DNA from: Chthoniobacterales bacterium
GTDB taxonomy: Bacteria; Verrucomicrobiota; Verrucomicrobiia; Chthoniobacterales; UBA6821
Direction: 5' to 3'
Assembly (NCBI GenBank): GCA_035287205.1
Contig: DATEBV010000367.1
Coordinates: forward strand, 3,869 to 67,868
DNA: 64,000 nt
How positions within the stretch are numbered: the first letter of the stretch is position 1; each line of letters begins with the position of its first letter. The notes below the pieces were generated by a model. That model was given only the letters and a program-made list of their open reading frames with translations, did no database searches and was not told the origin of the DNA. Below are positions 42,917 to 51,280 of the stretch, one piece after another. A program made the translations under genes and the position numbers.

Positions 42917-44742
42917 CTTACTGTCGCAGCCTTTATCATTATGAGCGGCGCCTTTCTCGCGTTGTAACTGTTGGTGATCTCAAGATGGGTGGAGATGAAC
43001 CAATACGGGTTCAATCGATGTTGACTTCTGACACGATGGATACAGAAGCGTGTGTTCGTGAGACTTTAGGTTTAGTTGCTGTGGGGTGTGAAATAGTTCG
43101 TATCACAGCACCTACAGTGAAGGATGCAGCTAACTTAAAAAATATTCATGAGGCCTTGCGTGCCGTAGGCTGTGAGGTACCGCTGGTGGCTGATATTCAT
43201 TTTAAGCCTGATGCAGCTTTGGAAGCGGCTCAATGGGTGGAGAAGGTTCGCATTAATCCTGGTAATTTTGCGGACTCCAAGAAGTTTCATGTTCGTGAGT
43301 ATAGCGATATTGAATATGAAACGGAGCTGGAAAGGATTCGAGATCGATTCGCTCCGTTAGTACACCTTTGCAAGGAGCGAGGTGTGGCGATGAGAATTGG
43401 AACGAATCACGGTTCGCTTAGTGACCGTATCATGAATCGTTTTGGAGATTCACCGCGAGGAATGGTAGAAAGTGCTTTAGAGTTTGCTCATATTGCTCGG
43501 GATCTTGATTATCATGAATTTGTTTTTTCCATGAAGGCTTCTAATCCGAAGGTAATGATTGAGGCTTATCGATTGTTGATAGCTCGTCTTGAAGCAGAAG
43601 GATCTGATTGGAATTATCCCATTCATCTTGGCGTGACCGAGGCTGGGGATGGAGAAGATGGACGTATTAAAAGTGCTATTGGTATTGGTTCACTTCTTGC
43701 CGATGGTATTGGCGATACGGTTCGGGTTTCACTCACGGAAGATAGCGAGAGAGAGATTCCCGTAGCGCAGGCACTAGTTAGAAGATGGCAGGGAGAAAAT
43801 GGAAGTCAGGATGCAGATTACAGGGAGCAGGTTGCAGGGAATTCATCTCGTGCCGCCGCCGCATGTCCTACCTGGCCTCTTTTTAGTTATGAACGGCGTA
43901 CTTCTGAATCTCTTTGTTTACAAGGAGTGAACCTAGGTGGAGAAGAGCCAATCCGTGTTGTTGTGTTACGTGAGACATATCAAGCAGTTGCTCCTAAATT
44001 GGCATCCATGGGAGAGTATCAACCAGAGCTTATTGAAGAGGATCTTCCCATTAAAGAAATTGATCCTTCTTCTGATGCTGAGGTAGCCGCCATGAATGCC
44101 GAAGAAAGCCCTACTCTTGTTACAGTAAGGGATGGTACGGCAATGTCGCCGATTGCAGCCTTTCGCATGTTAGCAGCACGTCTTGCAGCAAGGCATCCTA
44201 TTTTACTCAAAGATACATTAGACTTCTTTCGAAACCCTACTGGTGCCGCGAATTGTGACGTCGCGTCGGTGTTGGAGCAGAATTCTACTAATAATCTGCT
44301 TGCTTCAGCGACTACTATTGGTTCGTTGCTTTGTGATGGTATTGGAGATGCCATTATGATTCGTAGAGAGAAGGCGCCAGGCGCTTCGTTGCGTCTTGCT
44401 TATAATATTCTTCAAGCGGCAGGCACACGGATTTTTAAAACCGATTATGTAGCATGTCCTTCGTGTGGGAGAACGCTTTTTAATCTTCAGAACACAACCG
44501 CTCGTATTAAGGCTGCTACAGGACATCTCAAAGGAGTTCGTCTTGCAGTAATGGGGTGTATTGTTAATGGTCCCGGAGAAATGGCCGATGCCGATTTCGG
44601 TTATGTCGGAGGGGCCCCAGGTAAAATCAATCTCTATGTCGGAAAGAAGCCTATAAAATTTAATATTCCGGAAGCAGAGGCTGTAGAACAACTTGTTCAA
44701 CTCATCCGTGAGCATGGTAAATGGGTTGACGCAGTAGTTTGA
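42913..44742 (+). CDS. ispG: 4-hydroxy-3-methylbut-2-en-1-yl diphosphate synthase, long form with inserted domain
   Basis: 'IRVQSM', 'VADIHF', 'RINPGN' and the Fe-S cysteines 'ACPSCGRT' and 'GCIVNGPGE'. 609 aa. A half RE-3 copy lies in frame at 44226-44280 within the insert domain. Confidence 0.9.
   Translation: MTYCRSLYHYERRLSRVVTVGDLKMGGDEPIRVQSMLTSDTMDTEACVRETLGLVAVGCEIVRITAPTVKDAANLKNIHEALRAVGCEVPLVADIHFKPDAALEAAQWVEKVRINPGNFADSKKFHVREYSDIEYETELERIRDRFAPLVHLCKERGVAMRIGTNHGSLSDRIMNRFGDSPRGMVESALEFAHIARDLDYHEFVFSMKASNPKVMIEAYRLLIARLEAEGSDWNYPIHLGVTEAGDGEDGRIKSAIGIGSLLADGIGDTVRVSLTEDSEREIPVAQALVRRWQGENGSQDADYREQVAGNSSRAAAACPTWPLFSYERRTSESLCLQGVNLGGEEPIRVVVLRETYQAVAPKLASMGEYQPELIEEDLPIKEIDPSSDAEVAAMNAEESPTLVTVRDGTAMSPIAAFRMLAARLAARHPILLKDTLDFFRNPTGAANCDVASVLEQNSTNNLLASATTIGSLLCDGIGDAIMIRREKAPGASLRLAYNILQAAGTRIFKTDYVACPSCGRTLFNLQNTTARIKAATGHLKGVRLAVMGCIVNGPGEMADADFGYVGGAPGKINLYVGKKPIKFNIPEAEAVEQLVQLIREHGKWVDAVV
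44226..44280 (-). repeat. RE-3 half copy, in frame in ispG
   Basis: ctttcgaaaccctactggtgccgcgaattgtgacgtcgcgtcggtgttggagcag aligns with the left half of 52456-52587. Encodes FRNPTGAANCDVASVLEQ. Confidence 0.65.
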
Positions 44743-44747
44743 AAACA

Positions 44748-44800
44748 GGAATAGCCACAAAAGAACACAAAGAAACACAAAAAAACAGAACACAAAAAAG
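44748..44800. repeat. RE-5 solo left end, 5 nt after the ispG stop
   Basis: ggaatagccacaaaagaacacaaagaaacacaaaaaaacagaacacaaaaaag. Confidence 0.75.
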
Positions 44801-44802
44801 GA

Positions 44803-44880
44803 GTAAAAATCCGGCTAATCCAGTTAATAAAATTTGTCTAAATATACTGGAATCTTTTGCTGCAGCGACTGAGAAGGCAT
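44803..44880 (+). mobile_element. RE-1L, 5' part only
   Basis: gtaaaaatccggctaatccagttaataaaatttgtctaaa aligns with the 5' part of 38478-38676. Confidence 0.55.
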
Positions 44881-44910
44881 AGGAAAATTGGGGTCAGGGT
44901 TGGCGCTAAG

Positions 44911-45621
44911 TTAAGAAGTGACTACTGGTTGCTCAGGCTGATGATGAGAAAAGAATTTTTCGATCTCGTGAAGCATACGTTGAATATGACGGTAACTTTT
45001 AACAGGGACCATACGGGCATAACTTTTCCAAGGATTTCCCCATTCTAAAATTTCAATAGTAACACGACGTACACCCCATTCCCTCATGGCAGTTCGTGTT
45101 GGTTTATAGAGGTCGATGGTATTAGTACCAGCAAGAGCCCATCCATAGTCATCGACAATAAAGATTTCTCGGGTGGCACGAATACGGAAGCGTGTTCCAG
45201 CAGGCCAGCGTGCCCAGTCTGCTGCAGCACTGTTGATAACGCCGCATTGTAAGCGCGTACCAAGGGCAGAGCATTGCCCATAACGGAGATGGTCGCATTC
45301 CGTGGAAGTGTAGGCTGTGGTTCTAACTTTTTGTATAGCTGCACGGCGCAATGGCTTCTCGTAAGGAGGAAGTTGATGATGGGCACAGCCAGTTAAGAAG
45401 AAGGCCAAGAGCAATATCTGTAAGAAAAGATAAGGCTTCAGTAAAGGGTGAAGAGTAAAGGGTAAAGGGTCGGAAGCGTTCAGACCCCCTCCTTCGTAGG
45501 AAGGATCTGAACCAAATAATCGCATTGCGAAGGAGTGGTATAAATAGAGCCTGTTCGAAAGTAATCCAGTTTTGAAAATGGATTTTAATTTTTGTTTGGT
45601 ACCTAGCTTAGCTACAGACAT
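44911..45621 (-). CDS. 3D-domain (MltA/RlpA-like) lipoprotein; start uncertain
   Basis: Lipobox 'FFLTGC'. 'TTAYTS...AADWARWPAGTRFRI...FIVDDYG...NTIDLY' fits the 3D domain. The upstream part of the ORF is RE-2 copy 45475-45547 (ATG at 45525-45523, in-frame CTG at 45483-45481). Confidence 0.6.
   Translation of the reverse strand: MSVAKLGTKQKLKSIFKTGLLSNRLYLYHSFAMRLFGSDPSYEGGGLNASDPLPFTLHPLLKPYLFLQILLLAFFLTGCAHHQLPPYEKPLRRAAIQKVRTTAYTSTECDHLRYGQCSALGTRLQCGVINSAAADWARWPAGTRFRIRATREIFIVDDYGWALAGTNTIDLYKPTRTAMREWGVRRVTIEILEWGNPWKSYARMVPVKSYRHIQRMLHEIEKFFSHHQPEQPVVTS
45475..45547 (-). repeat. RE-2 copy at the 5' end of the 3D-domain gene
   Basis: Reverse complement reads ctatttataccactccttcgcaATGcgattatttggttcagatccttcctacGAAggagggggtCTGaacgct. 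Confidence 0.8.
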
Positions 45622-45794
45622 GTAACGAGTAACGAGTAAAGGGTAACGAGTTTATTTTCTTGCCTGCGGCAATTGATTTAAAAAATTGCTCACTATAACA
45701 AATTAATTTTCGATAAAATGGTATTTTTGAGAATTTATATTTTTCTGAACTTACCCATTCTATTTTTTTGATAAAAATGGCCAAAGTCCAGTTA

Positions 45795-45848
45795 AAGAAT
45801 TTTTACAAAAATTCTTTTTTTCTTTTTTTGTGTTCTTTGTGTATCTTT
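45795..45848. repeat. RE-5 solo right end
   Basis: aagaatttttacaaaaattctttttttctttttttgtgttctttgtgtatc. Confidence 0.65.
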
Positions 45849-45868
45849 GACTCGCTCTCGGACAAACT

Positions 45869-45953
45869 CTATATATGTCATCCATTCACACTACACCTTC
45901 GCAGTCCGACCATTTAGTTCAGATCCTTCCTCCGCAGGAGGGAGGATCTGGAG
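45869..45953 (+). repeat. RE-2 copy supplying the start of APC permease 1
   Basis: ctatatATGtcatccattcacactacaccttcgcagtccgaccatttagttcagatccttcctccgcaggagggaggatctgga. Confidence 0.85.
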
Positions 45954-47296
45954 GCCGATCTCCCAGTAAAACAAAGCCTAAGGTAGGGCTCTTAACCTGT
46001 ATTTTTCTTGTGATGGCTATCATGGTGGGTAATGGGATCTATACAAGTCTTGGAATGCAGCTTTTGAATATTTCTAGCGGATTTACGATTCTTTCTCTTT
46101 GGGCATTGGGTGGCATTTGTGCTCTTTGCGGAGCTCTTTCATATGCAGAATTGGCATCGCTCATGCCTCACTCTGGGGGAGAGTATTACTATCTGTCAAA
46201 AATCTATCATCCAGCGCTTGGCACGATGGCCGGTTTTATTGCACAGATAGCTGGCTTTATTGCGCCAATTTCCTTAGCTAGTATGGCTTTTGGAAAATAT
46301 CTTCAGGCATTCTTTCCTTCAACTAATCCGATGGTTTCTTCCATGGTCTTGGTAACAGTGATCACGGGAATGCATCTTGTAACGCTAGGATTTAGCGCTG
46401 TGTTTCAAGATATCATTACAGGTTTAAAATTTCTTCTGATAGGGGTTATTCTCTATCTTGGGCTTCGTCATGCTACAATATCACCGACGATTTTTCTTCC
46501 TTCGATGGTAGGAATGAAAGAACTTTTTTCTCCAAGCTCTGGAGTTGCTTTAATTTTTTGCTTCTATGCTTATTCAGGATGGAATTCTTCCACCTATATT
46601 GCCGATGATGTTACTTCTTCTCATCGTACGGTTGGACGCTCTCTGGTGATTGGAGCTATTCTGGTTATTGTGATCTATATGCTTATGAATGCTATTTTTC
46701 TCATGGCTGCACCAGTGGGAGAGTTGCGCGGTGTTTTGGATGTCGGTCGTGTGGTGGCCACACATCTTTTGGGTCAAGAAGGCGGTCGTATGATGACAGT
46801 AATGATTGCCTTTGGACTTGTTGCTGGAGTGAGTGCGATGGTTTGGGTCGGGCCTCACATTACGCAGATGATGGGAAGAGATCTTCCTGCCTTGCGTTGG
46901 TTAGCTCCTGTTTCCAAAGGGAATGTTCCTCTCCATGCGATGCTTATTCAGTATATTCTGGTAATGATTTTGCTTTCGACGGGAGCTTTTAAAATGGTCC
47001 TTGTAGCGACTCAATTTCCTATCATTTTTTGTGAATTCTTAGGAGTTATTGGAGTGATTGTTTTACGCTTTCAGCATCGTAAGATCTACGATCCTTCCAT
47101 ACCAAAGAAAGATCGCCAAGGTTTTCGTTGTCCTCTCTATCCCTTGCCTCCTCTCTTTTTTGCAGTGATCAGCATCATGGCTCTCACATACACAACGATC
47201 ACCAATCCTCTGGAAGGGATCGTTGGGATTGCGCTGATTATTATTGCTATTGCTCTCTACCCTCTCCTCCATCGAGAGAATGCAATAGAGGAATAA
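45875..47296 (+). CDS. APC-family amino acid permease (paralog 1, RE-2-derived N-terminus)
   Basis: 473 aa with 12 TM helices. Colinear with the paralog at 47703-49004, most positions identical by eye. The first about 27 codons (MSSIHTTPSQSDHLVQILPPQEGGSGG) come from RE-2 copy 45869-45953. Confidence 0.75.
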   Translation: MSSIHTTPSQSDHLVQILPPQEGGSGGRSPSKTKPKVGLLTCIFLVMAIMVGNGIYTSLGMQLLNISSGFTILSLWALGGICALCGALSYAELASLMPHSGGEYYYLSKIYHPALGTMAGFIAQIAGFIAPISLASMAFGKYLQAFFPSTNPMVSSMVLVTVITGMHLVTLGFSAVFQDIITGLKFLLIGVILYLGLRHATISPTIFLPSMVGMKELFSPSSGVALIFCFYAYSGWNSSTYIADDVTSSHRTVGRSLVIGAILVIVIYMLMNAIFLMAAPVGELRGVLDVGRVVATHLLGQEGGRMMTVMIAFGLVAGVSAMVWVGPHITQMMGRDLPALRWLAPVSKGNVPLHAMLIQYILVMILLSTGAFKMVLVATQFPIIFCEFLGVIGVIVLRFQHRKIYDPSIPKKDRQGFRCPLYPLPPLFFAVISIMALTYTTITNPLEGIVGIALIIIAIALYPLLHRENAIEE

Positions 47297-47316
47297 TTGC
47301 TAACGTAGTCCAAGCA

Positions 47317-47483
47317 GAAAATTAACAGGAATGGAAAGGATGGAAGAGATAGCAGAGGGTAAAATTAAGAAAACAAGTCATCAGAGTTCTTATTAAATTA
47401 TTCTAAGAGTTTAATACCTTGTTGTGCTTACTCAATTGTTGCTATCCCTTCCATCGCATTCGTTCTTGTGATTTTTCATTAAC
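47317..47483 (+). repeat. RE-6 variant copy
   Basis: gaaaattaacaggaatggaaaggatggaagagatagcag ... gctatcccttccatcgcatt...tttttcattaac. Confidence 0.65.
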
Positions 47484-47510
47484 TCCTCTCTCGGTTTTAA
47501 TATACGGCAA

Positions 47511-47660
47511 GAAATGCGATGGAAGGGATGGCGGAGACTTAAATTTAAAATGGTGTGTATAAAATTAATGAGTCCACAAAATTAAATAATGATTAGATCC
47601 TTCATTATTCAGTATTCTTTTTCTGCCATCCCTTTTATCCCTTCCATCCTTGTGAATTTT
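47511..47660 (-). repeat. RE-6 copy (reverse orientation of 2266-2419)
   Basis: gaaatgcgatggaagggatggcggag...ctgccatcccttttatcccttccatccttgtgaattttt aligns along its length with the reverse complement of 2266-2419. Confidence 0.8.
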
Positions 47661-47702
47661 TTTTAGATAGGTTGGTAGTTACCCTAATTCTACGAATTGT
47701 AC

Positions 47703-49004
47703 ATGAGGACAAACCAAAAAATTGGAATTTTTACTTCTGTTATTCTTGTGATGGCCATCATGGTCGACACTGGAATTTACACGAGCCTAGGGTTGCAGCT
47801 TTTAAGTATTTCCAGTGCTTTTACAATTCTTACCCTTTGGGTACTAGCTGGAATAGGCGCTCTCTGTGGAGCTCTTTCCTATGCAGAGTTGGCATCGCTG
47901 ATGCCTCATTCCGGAGGAGAGTATTACTATCTGTCAAAAATCTATCATCCGGCAGTTGGTACGATGGCTGGAATTATTGGCCAACTAGCTGGTTTTTCCG
48001 CTCCTATTGCTTTAGCCAGTATGGCTTTTGGAAAATATTTTCAAGCACTCTTTCCTTCGAGTAACGCGATGCTTTCTTCTATTATTTTAGTGACTGTAGT
48101 AACGGGAGCTCACCTTTTTAATCTCCGTTATAGTGCCATTTTTCAAAATAGCGTTACCGGTTTAAAATTTCTCCTGATTGCTATTTTTCTCTATGTTGGG
48201 TTTCGTTATGCCACGATAACGCCAAAAATTTTTCTTCCTTCAAAAGTGGCGATAAAAGAGCTTTTTCACCCAAGTTCTGGAGTAGTTTTGGTCTTTTGTT
48301 TCTATGCTTACTCAGGTTGGAATTCCTCTATCTATATTGCCGATGATGTCGTTTCTGCACGGCGTAATGTAGGACGATCTTTAATCATTGGATCTCTCCT
48401 GGTTATTCTGATTTATCTGCTGATGAATGTTGTTTTCCTTATGGCGGCACCACTAGGAGAGTTACGTGGTGTTCTGGATATTGGTCGTGTTGTGGCTTTT
48501 CACCTTTTGGGCCAAGAAGGAGGATATATGATGGCAGGACTCATTGCTGTTGGGCTTATTGCCGGCGTGAGTGGGATGGCGTGGCTGGGACCTCACATTA
48601 CACAAATGATGGGAAGAGATCTTCCTGCCTTGTGCTGGTTGGCTCCGGTGTCCAAAAGTAATATTCCTCTTAGAGCGATGTTTTTTCAATACATCTTGGT
48701 TCTTTTAATGCTCATGACTTCGTCTTTTAAGGCTATTTTGATCAGTGCAGAAATCCCTTTGATTTTTTGTAATCTTTTAGGAGTTGTGGGAGTGGTTATA
48801 CTACGGTGGAAACATCATAAGATAGACGATTATGAAGGATTTAAATGCCCATTCTATCCGCTCCCTCCTCTCTTATTTGCAACGATCAGCATGATCGCGT
48901 TAATTTACACTATGATCACTAATCCTATGGAGGGAATCATTGGAGTTACTATTATCATCGGAGCATTATTACTTTATCCGCTTTTTATTATTCGAGCAAC
49001 GTGA
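47703..49004 (+). CDS. APC-family amino acid permease (paralog 2)
   Basis: Tandem paralog without the RE-2 leader. ATG 47703 (ORF track uses TTG 47697). Confidence 0.75.
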   Translation: MRTNQKIGIFTSVILVMAIMVDTGIYTSLGLQLLSISSAFTILTLWVLAGIGALCGALSYAELASLMPHSGGEYYYLSKIYHPAVGTMAGIIGQLAGFSAPIALASMAFGKYFQALFPSSNAMLSSIILVTVVTGAHLFNLRYSAIFQNSVTGLKFLLIAIFLYVGFRYATITPKIFLPSKVAIKELFHPSSGVVLVFCFYAYSGWNSSIYIADDVVSARRNVGRSLIIGSLLVILIYLLMNVVFLMAAPLGELRGVLDIGRVVAFHLLGQEGGYMMAGLIAVGLIAGVSGMAWLGPHITQMMGRDLPALCWLAPVSKSNIPLRAMFFQYILVLLMLMTSSFKAILISAEIPLIFCNLLGVVGVVILRWKHHKIDDYEGFKCPFYPLPPLLFATISMIALIYTMITNPMEGIIGVTIIIGALLLYPLFIIRAT

Positions 49005-49053
49005 GCTTAAACTGCATTGAAGTATTGTTATTCTAACATTACCGTAATAGACA

Positions 49054-49321
49054 GAAATTCACCACACCAGTCATTCAGTCCTCGCTACGCAACGACTGAA
49101 GTAAAGGTGACAGTTTGTTTTAGTATGTTTACTTAACTGATAGTTGAACAATTAGTAGTAAGGAGGGTGAAGAATTTTTATAGCGTTCTCAGTAACTTAA
49201 TTGAACTTAATTGAAAGCTATTTTTTGATTTTTTTTCAGGAAAGACAACGATAAAAACAAAAACCTTATTTTACTTCAGTCGCTGCGCAGCAGAGACTGA
49301 ATGACTGGTGTGGTGAATTTC
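49054..49321. repeat. RE-7: 268-nt element with inverted termini of about 55 nt
   Basis: GAAATTCACCACACCAGTCATTCAGTCCTCGCTACGCAACGACTGAAGTAAAGG ... CCTTATTTTACTTCAGTCGCTGCGCAGCAGAGACTGAATGACTGGTGTGGTGAATTTC. Confidence 0.85.
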
Positions 49322-49432
49322 TGCGTATTTGAGGAACGTTATCAGTCACAAAACTAGCACTAATTATCGGGTAGATATTGCTATGGTTTTTACCACCCCT
49401 CCCTTTACCTTTCACTCTTTACTTCTTCTTTC

Positions 49433-50569
49433 ATGTTTTTGTTTGTTCTTTTGTGGCTATTTTCAGCATCACTCTTTGCTCAAGAAGTGAGGAGGGCTTT
49501 GCCCGTTCATGCAACCCCTCATGAGGTGGCACAATTTCTTGCCGGTTTTCCTGTTTCAGGAGCATCGGCTTTATCAAGTTTGCAACTTACCAAAGAATAT
49601 CTTGAACACCATCTTGCGATACAGAAAGCGTGGAAAGAGTGCCAGGAACAACGTTTTGAACCCATGAAGAATTGGGCAAGTCAAGAAATGACGTCTCGTA
49701 TTCCTGCTCCTACGATTGTTCGTTATCTTTTTGGAGGACCTGATGAGCTGAGTCTTTTAGCGCTTTTTCCCAATGCTTCTGTTTACATACTCTGTGGTAA
49801 AGAGCCCGTAGGGAAAATTATGCCGCCCGAAGAACTCTCAACAGAACAGTTAAAAATGGGTTTAAGTGATCTTCGTGAAAGCATGAAAACATTTCTACAT
49901 TACGGCTATTTTATTACTAAAGAAATGAAAACAACAATGGGTGTAGGTTTTTTTCAAGGGGTAACGCCTATCCTTTTTACCTTCCTTGCATTAACAGGGC
50001 ATCAAATTATAGCCGTTGAGACTGTTAATTTGGGAGGAGCCCCAGGAATTCGTATTCGGTTTTTAGCTCCAGCAGGAGGGCAAGAGCAGATGCTTTACTA
50101 CATGCAAACTGATTTGTCTAATGAAGCAAGTCATAGTTTCTTGAAATGGCTTGGTTCTTTTGGTCCAGGTGCTGCCTACTTAAAAGCAGCTTCTTACTTA
50201 CTTCATGAAGAAAATTTTTCTCGAGCACGTGAGTTTCTTTTAAATAGTTCCAATACAATTCTTGAAGATGATTCTGGCATTCCTTGCCGTTTTTTCACTC
50301 CAGCAGTCTGGTCCCTTTATTTCTTTGGGGACTATAAAGGTCCCATTGAGCTTTTTCGCTGTCAGTACCAACCAGATCTCTATGCTGCTTATGCGGCATC
50401 ACCTCTGCGGGGGCCCATGCCTTTTGGAACAGGGTACCAACTTATTGCAGGTGCTTCTGGTGGGGCAAATTTACTCCTCGCTGTCAAAAAAAGTTTTGTT
50501 CCTAAGGCTCTTCCTAAGGGAGAGGAGGAATCCTCTGTCAAAAAAATTAGGGGTAACAAGATCAAGTAA
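49433..50569 (+). CDS. Secreted hypothetical protein
   Basis: Signal peptide MFLFVLLWLFSASLFA/QE. Its hydrophobic core is encoded by an RE-5 terminal fragment (49436-49464). No family motif recognised. Confidence 0.5.
   Translation: MFLFVLLWLFSASLFAQEVRRALPVHATPHEVAQFLAGFPVSGASALSSLQLTKEYLEHHLAIQKAWKECQEQRFEPMKNWASQEMTSRIPAPTIVRYLFGGPDELSLLALFPNASVYILCGKEPVGKIMPPEELSTEQLKMGLSDLRESMKTFLHYGYFITKEMKTTMGVGFFQGVTPILFTFLALTGHQIIAVETVNLGGAPGIRIRFLAPAGGQEQMLYYMQTDLSNEASHSFLKWLGSFGPGAAYLKAASYLLHEENFSRAREFLLNSSNTILEDDSGIPCRFFTPAVWSLYFFGDYKGPIELFRCQYQPDLYAAYAASPLRGPMPFGTGYQLIAGASGGANLLLAVKKSFVPKALPKGEEESSVKKIRGNKIK
49436..49464. repeat. RE-5 right-end fragment forming a signal-peptide core
   Basis: tttttgtttgttcttttgtggctattttc encodes FLFVLLWLFS within the ORF starting at 49433. 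Confidence 0.7.
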
Positions 50570-50667
50570 AAATTCCTAATTTTTATTTGTGATGCATATA
50601 TACAACAATTCAGGTAAAAGTAACCTTGCTTGCTTTCAAAAAATGGATCATAGTCCTTCTTTGCTAT

Positions 50668-50740
<73 letters not shown>

Positions 50741-50744
50741 CACT

Positions 50745-50890
50745 CTACATATTAGGCCAACAGGCCGAATATAAGTTTAAGTTAAAAGTTTAAGTTTAAG
50801 TTGATTTTTGGTCACTTCGTGACAAGGTAAGAAGCGAAGCGACATTTTTATTTTCTCGAGTTTTTTTGCTCTCGAAGTCGCTTCATAGCC
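50745..50890 (-). mobile_element. RE-1L copy (reverse orientation), 4 nt after tRNA-Phe
   Basis: ctacatattaggccaacaggccgaatataagtttaagtt...ggtcacttcgtgacaagg is the reverse complement of the RE-1L 3' half. Confidence 0.75.
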
Positions 50891-50943
50891 ACACTGTTGC
50901 TTTACCCCCCTAAACTCCTAAACTCCTAAACCATTATACTATT

Positions 50944-51093
50944 ATGTTACACTATGCTGTCGTTTTTCTTATCATCGCTTTAATAGCCGCTTTTTTAGGC
51001 TTTGGAGGTATCGCTGGTACCGCCGCTTGGATTGCTCAGTTGTGTTTTATTTTCTTTTTGATTTTAGCTGTTATTTCGTTTCTTAAACGGTAA
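50944..51093 (+). CDS. UPF0391/DUF1328 small membrane protein (49 aa; below the ORF-track cutoff)
   Basis: Manual translation: [49 protein letters not shown]. '[18 protein letters not shown]' is the DUF1328 hallmark. Confidence 0.75.
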   Translation: MLHYAVVFLIIALIAAFLGFGGIAGTAAWIAQLCFIFFLILAVISFLKR

Positions 51094-51199
51094 GCGTTCA
51101 GATCTGAGGTGCAGACAATCTTTATAAATTGAAGGCTTGGTATAGTGCCAGAATGATTCCATCCCAATGTTATTTTTAGCTGTAAACACAAATAAAAAG

Positions 51200-51257
51200 C
51201 CTTATTTTACTTCAGTCGCTGCGCAGCAGGGACTGAATGCCTAATGTGGTGAATTTC
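51200..51257 (+). repeat. RE-7 solo right end, just upstream of the AddB-like gene
   Basis: ccttattttacttcagtcgctgcgcagcagggactgaatgcctaatgtggtgaatttc. Confidence 0.8.
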
Positions 51258-51280
51258 TTTTTGCTTGATGCTTGCTAGCA

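Noticed and set aside
45881-45953. The 5' arm of the RE-2 hairpin (GATCCTTCCTCC) as a fragment of a 16S rRNA 3' end
   Set aside because: Only about 12 nt resemble the anti-SD region. There is no flanking rRNA sequence, and the motif recurs in every RE-2 copy as part of the hairpin.
47672-48064. 130-aa plus-strand ORF overlapping the start of APC permease 2, and similar alternative-frame ORFs at 46099-46281 and 4969-5244
   Set aside because: These are alternative frames of well-supported membrane-protein genes. They have no independent support.
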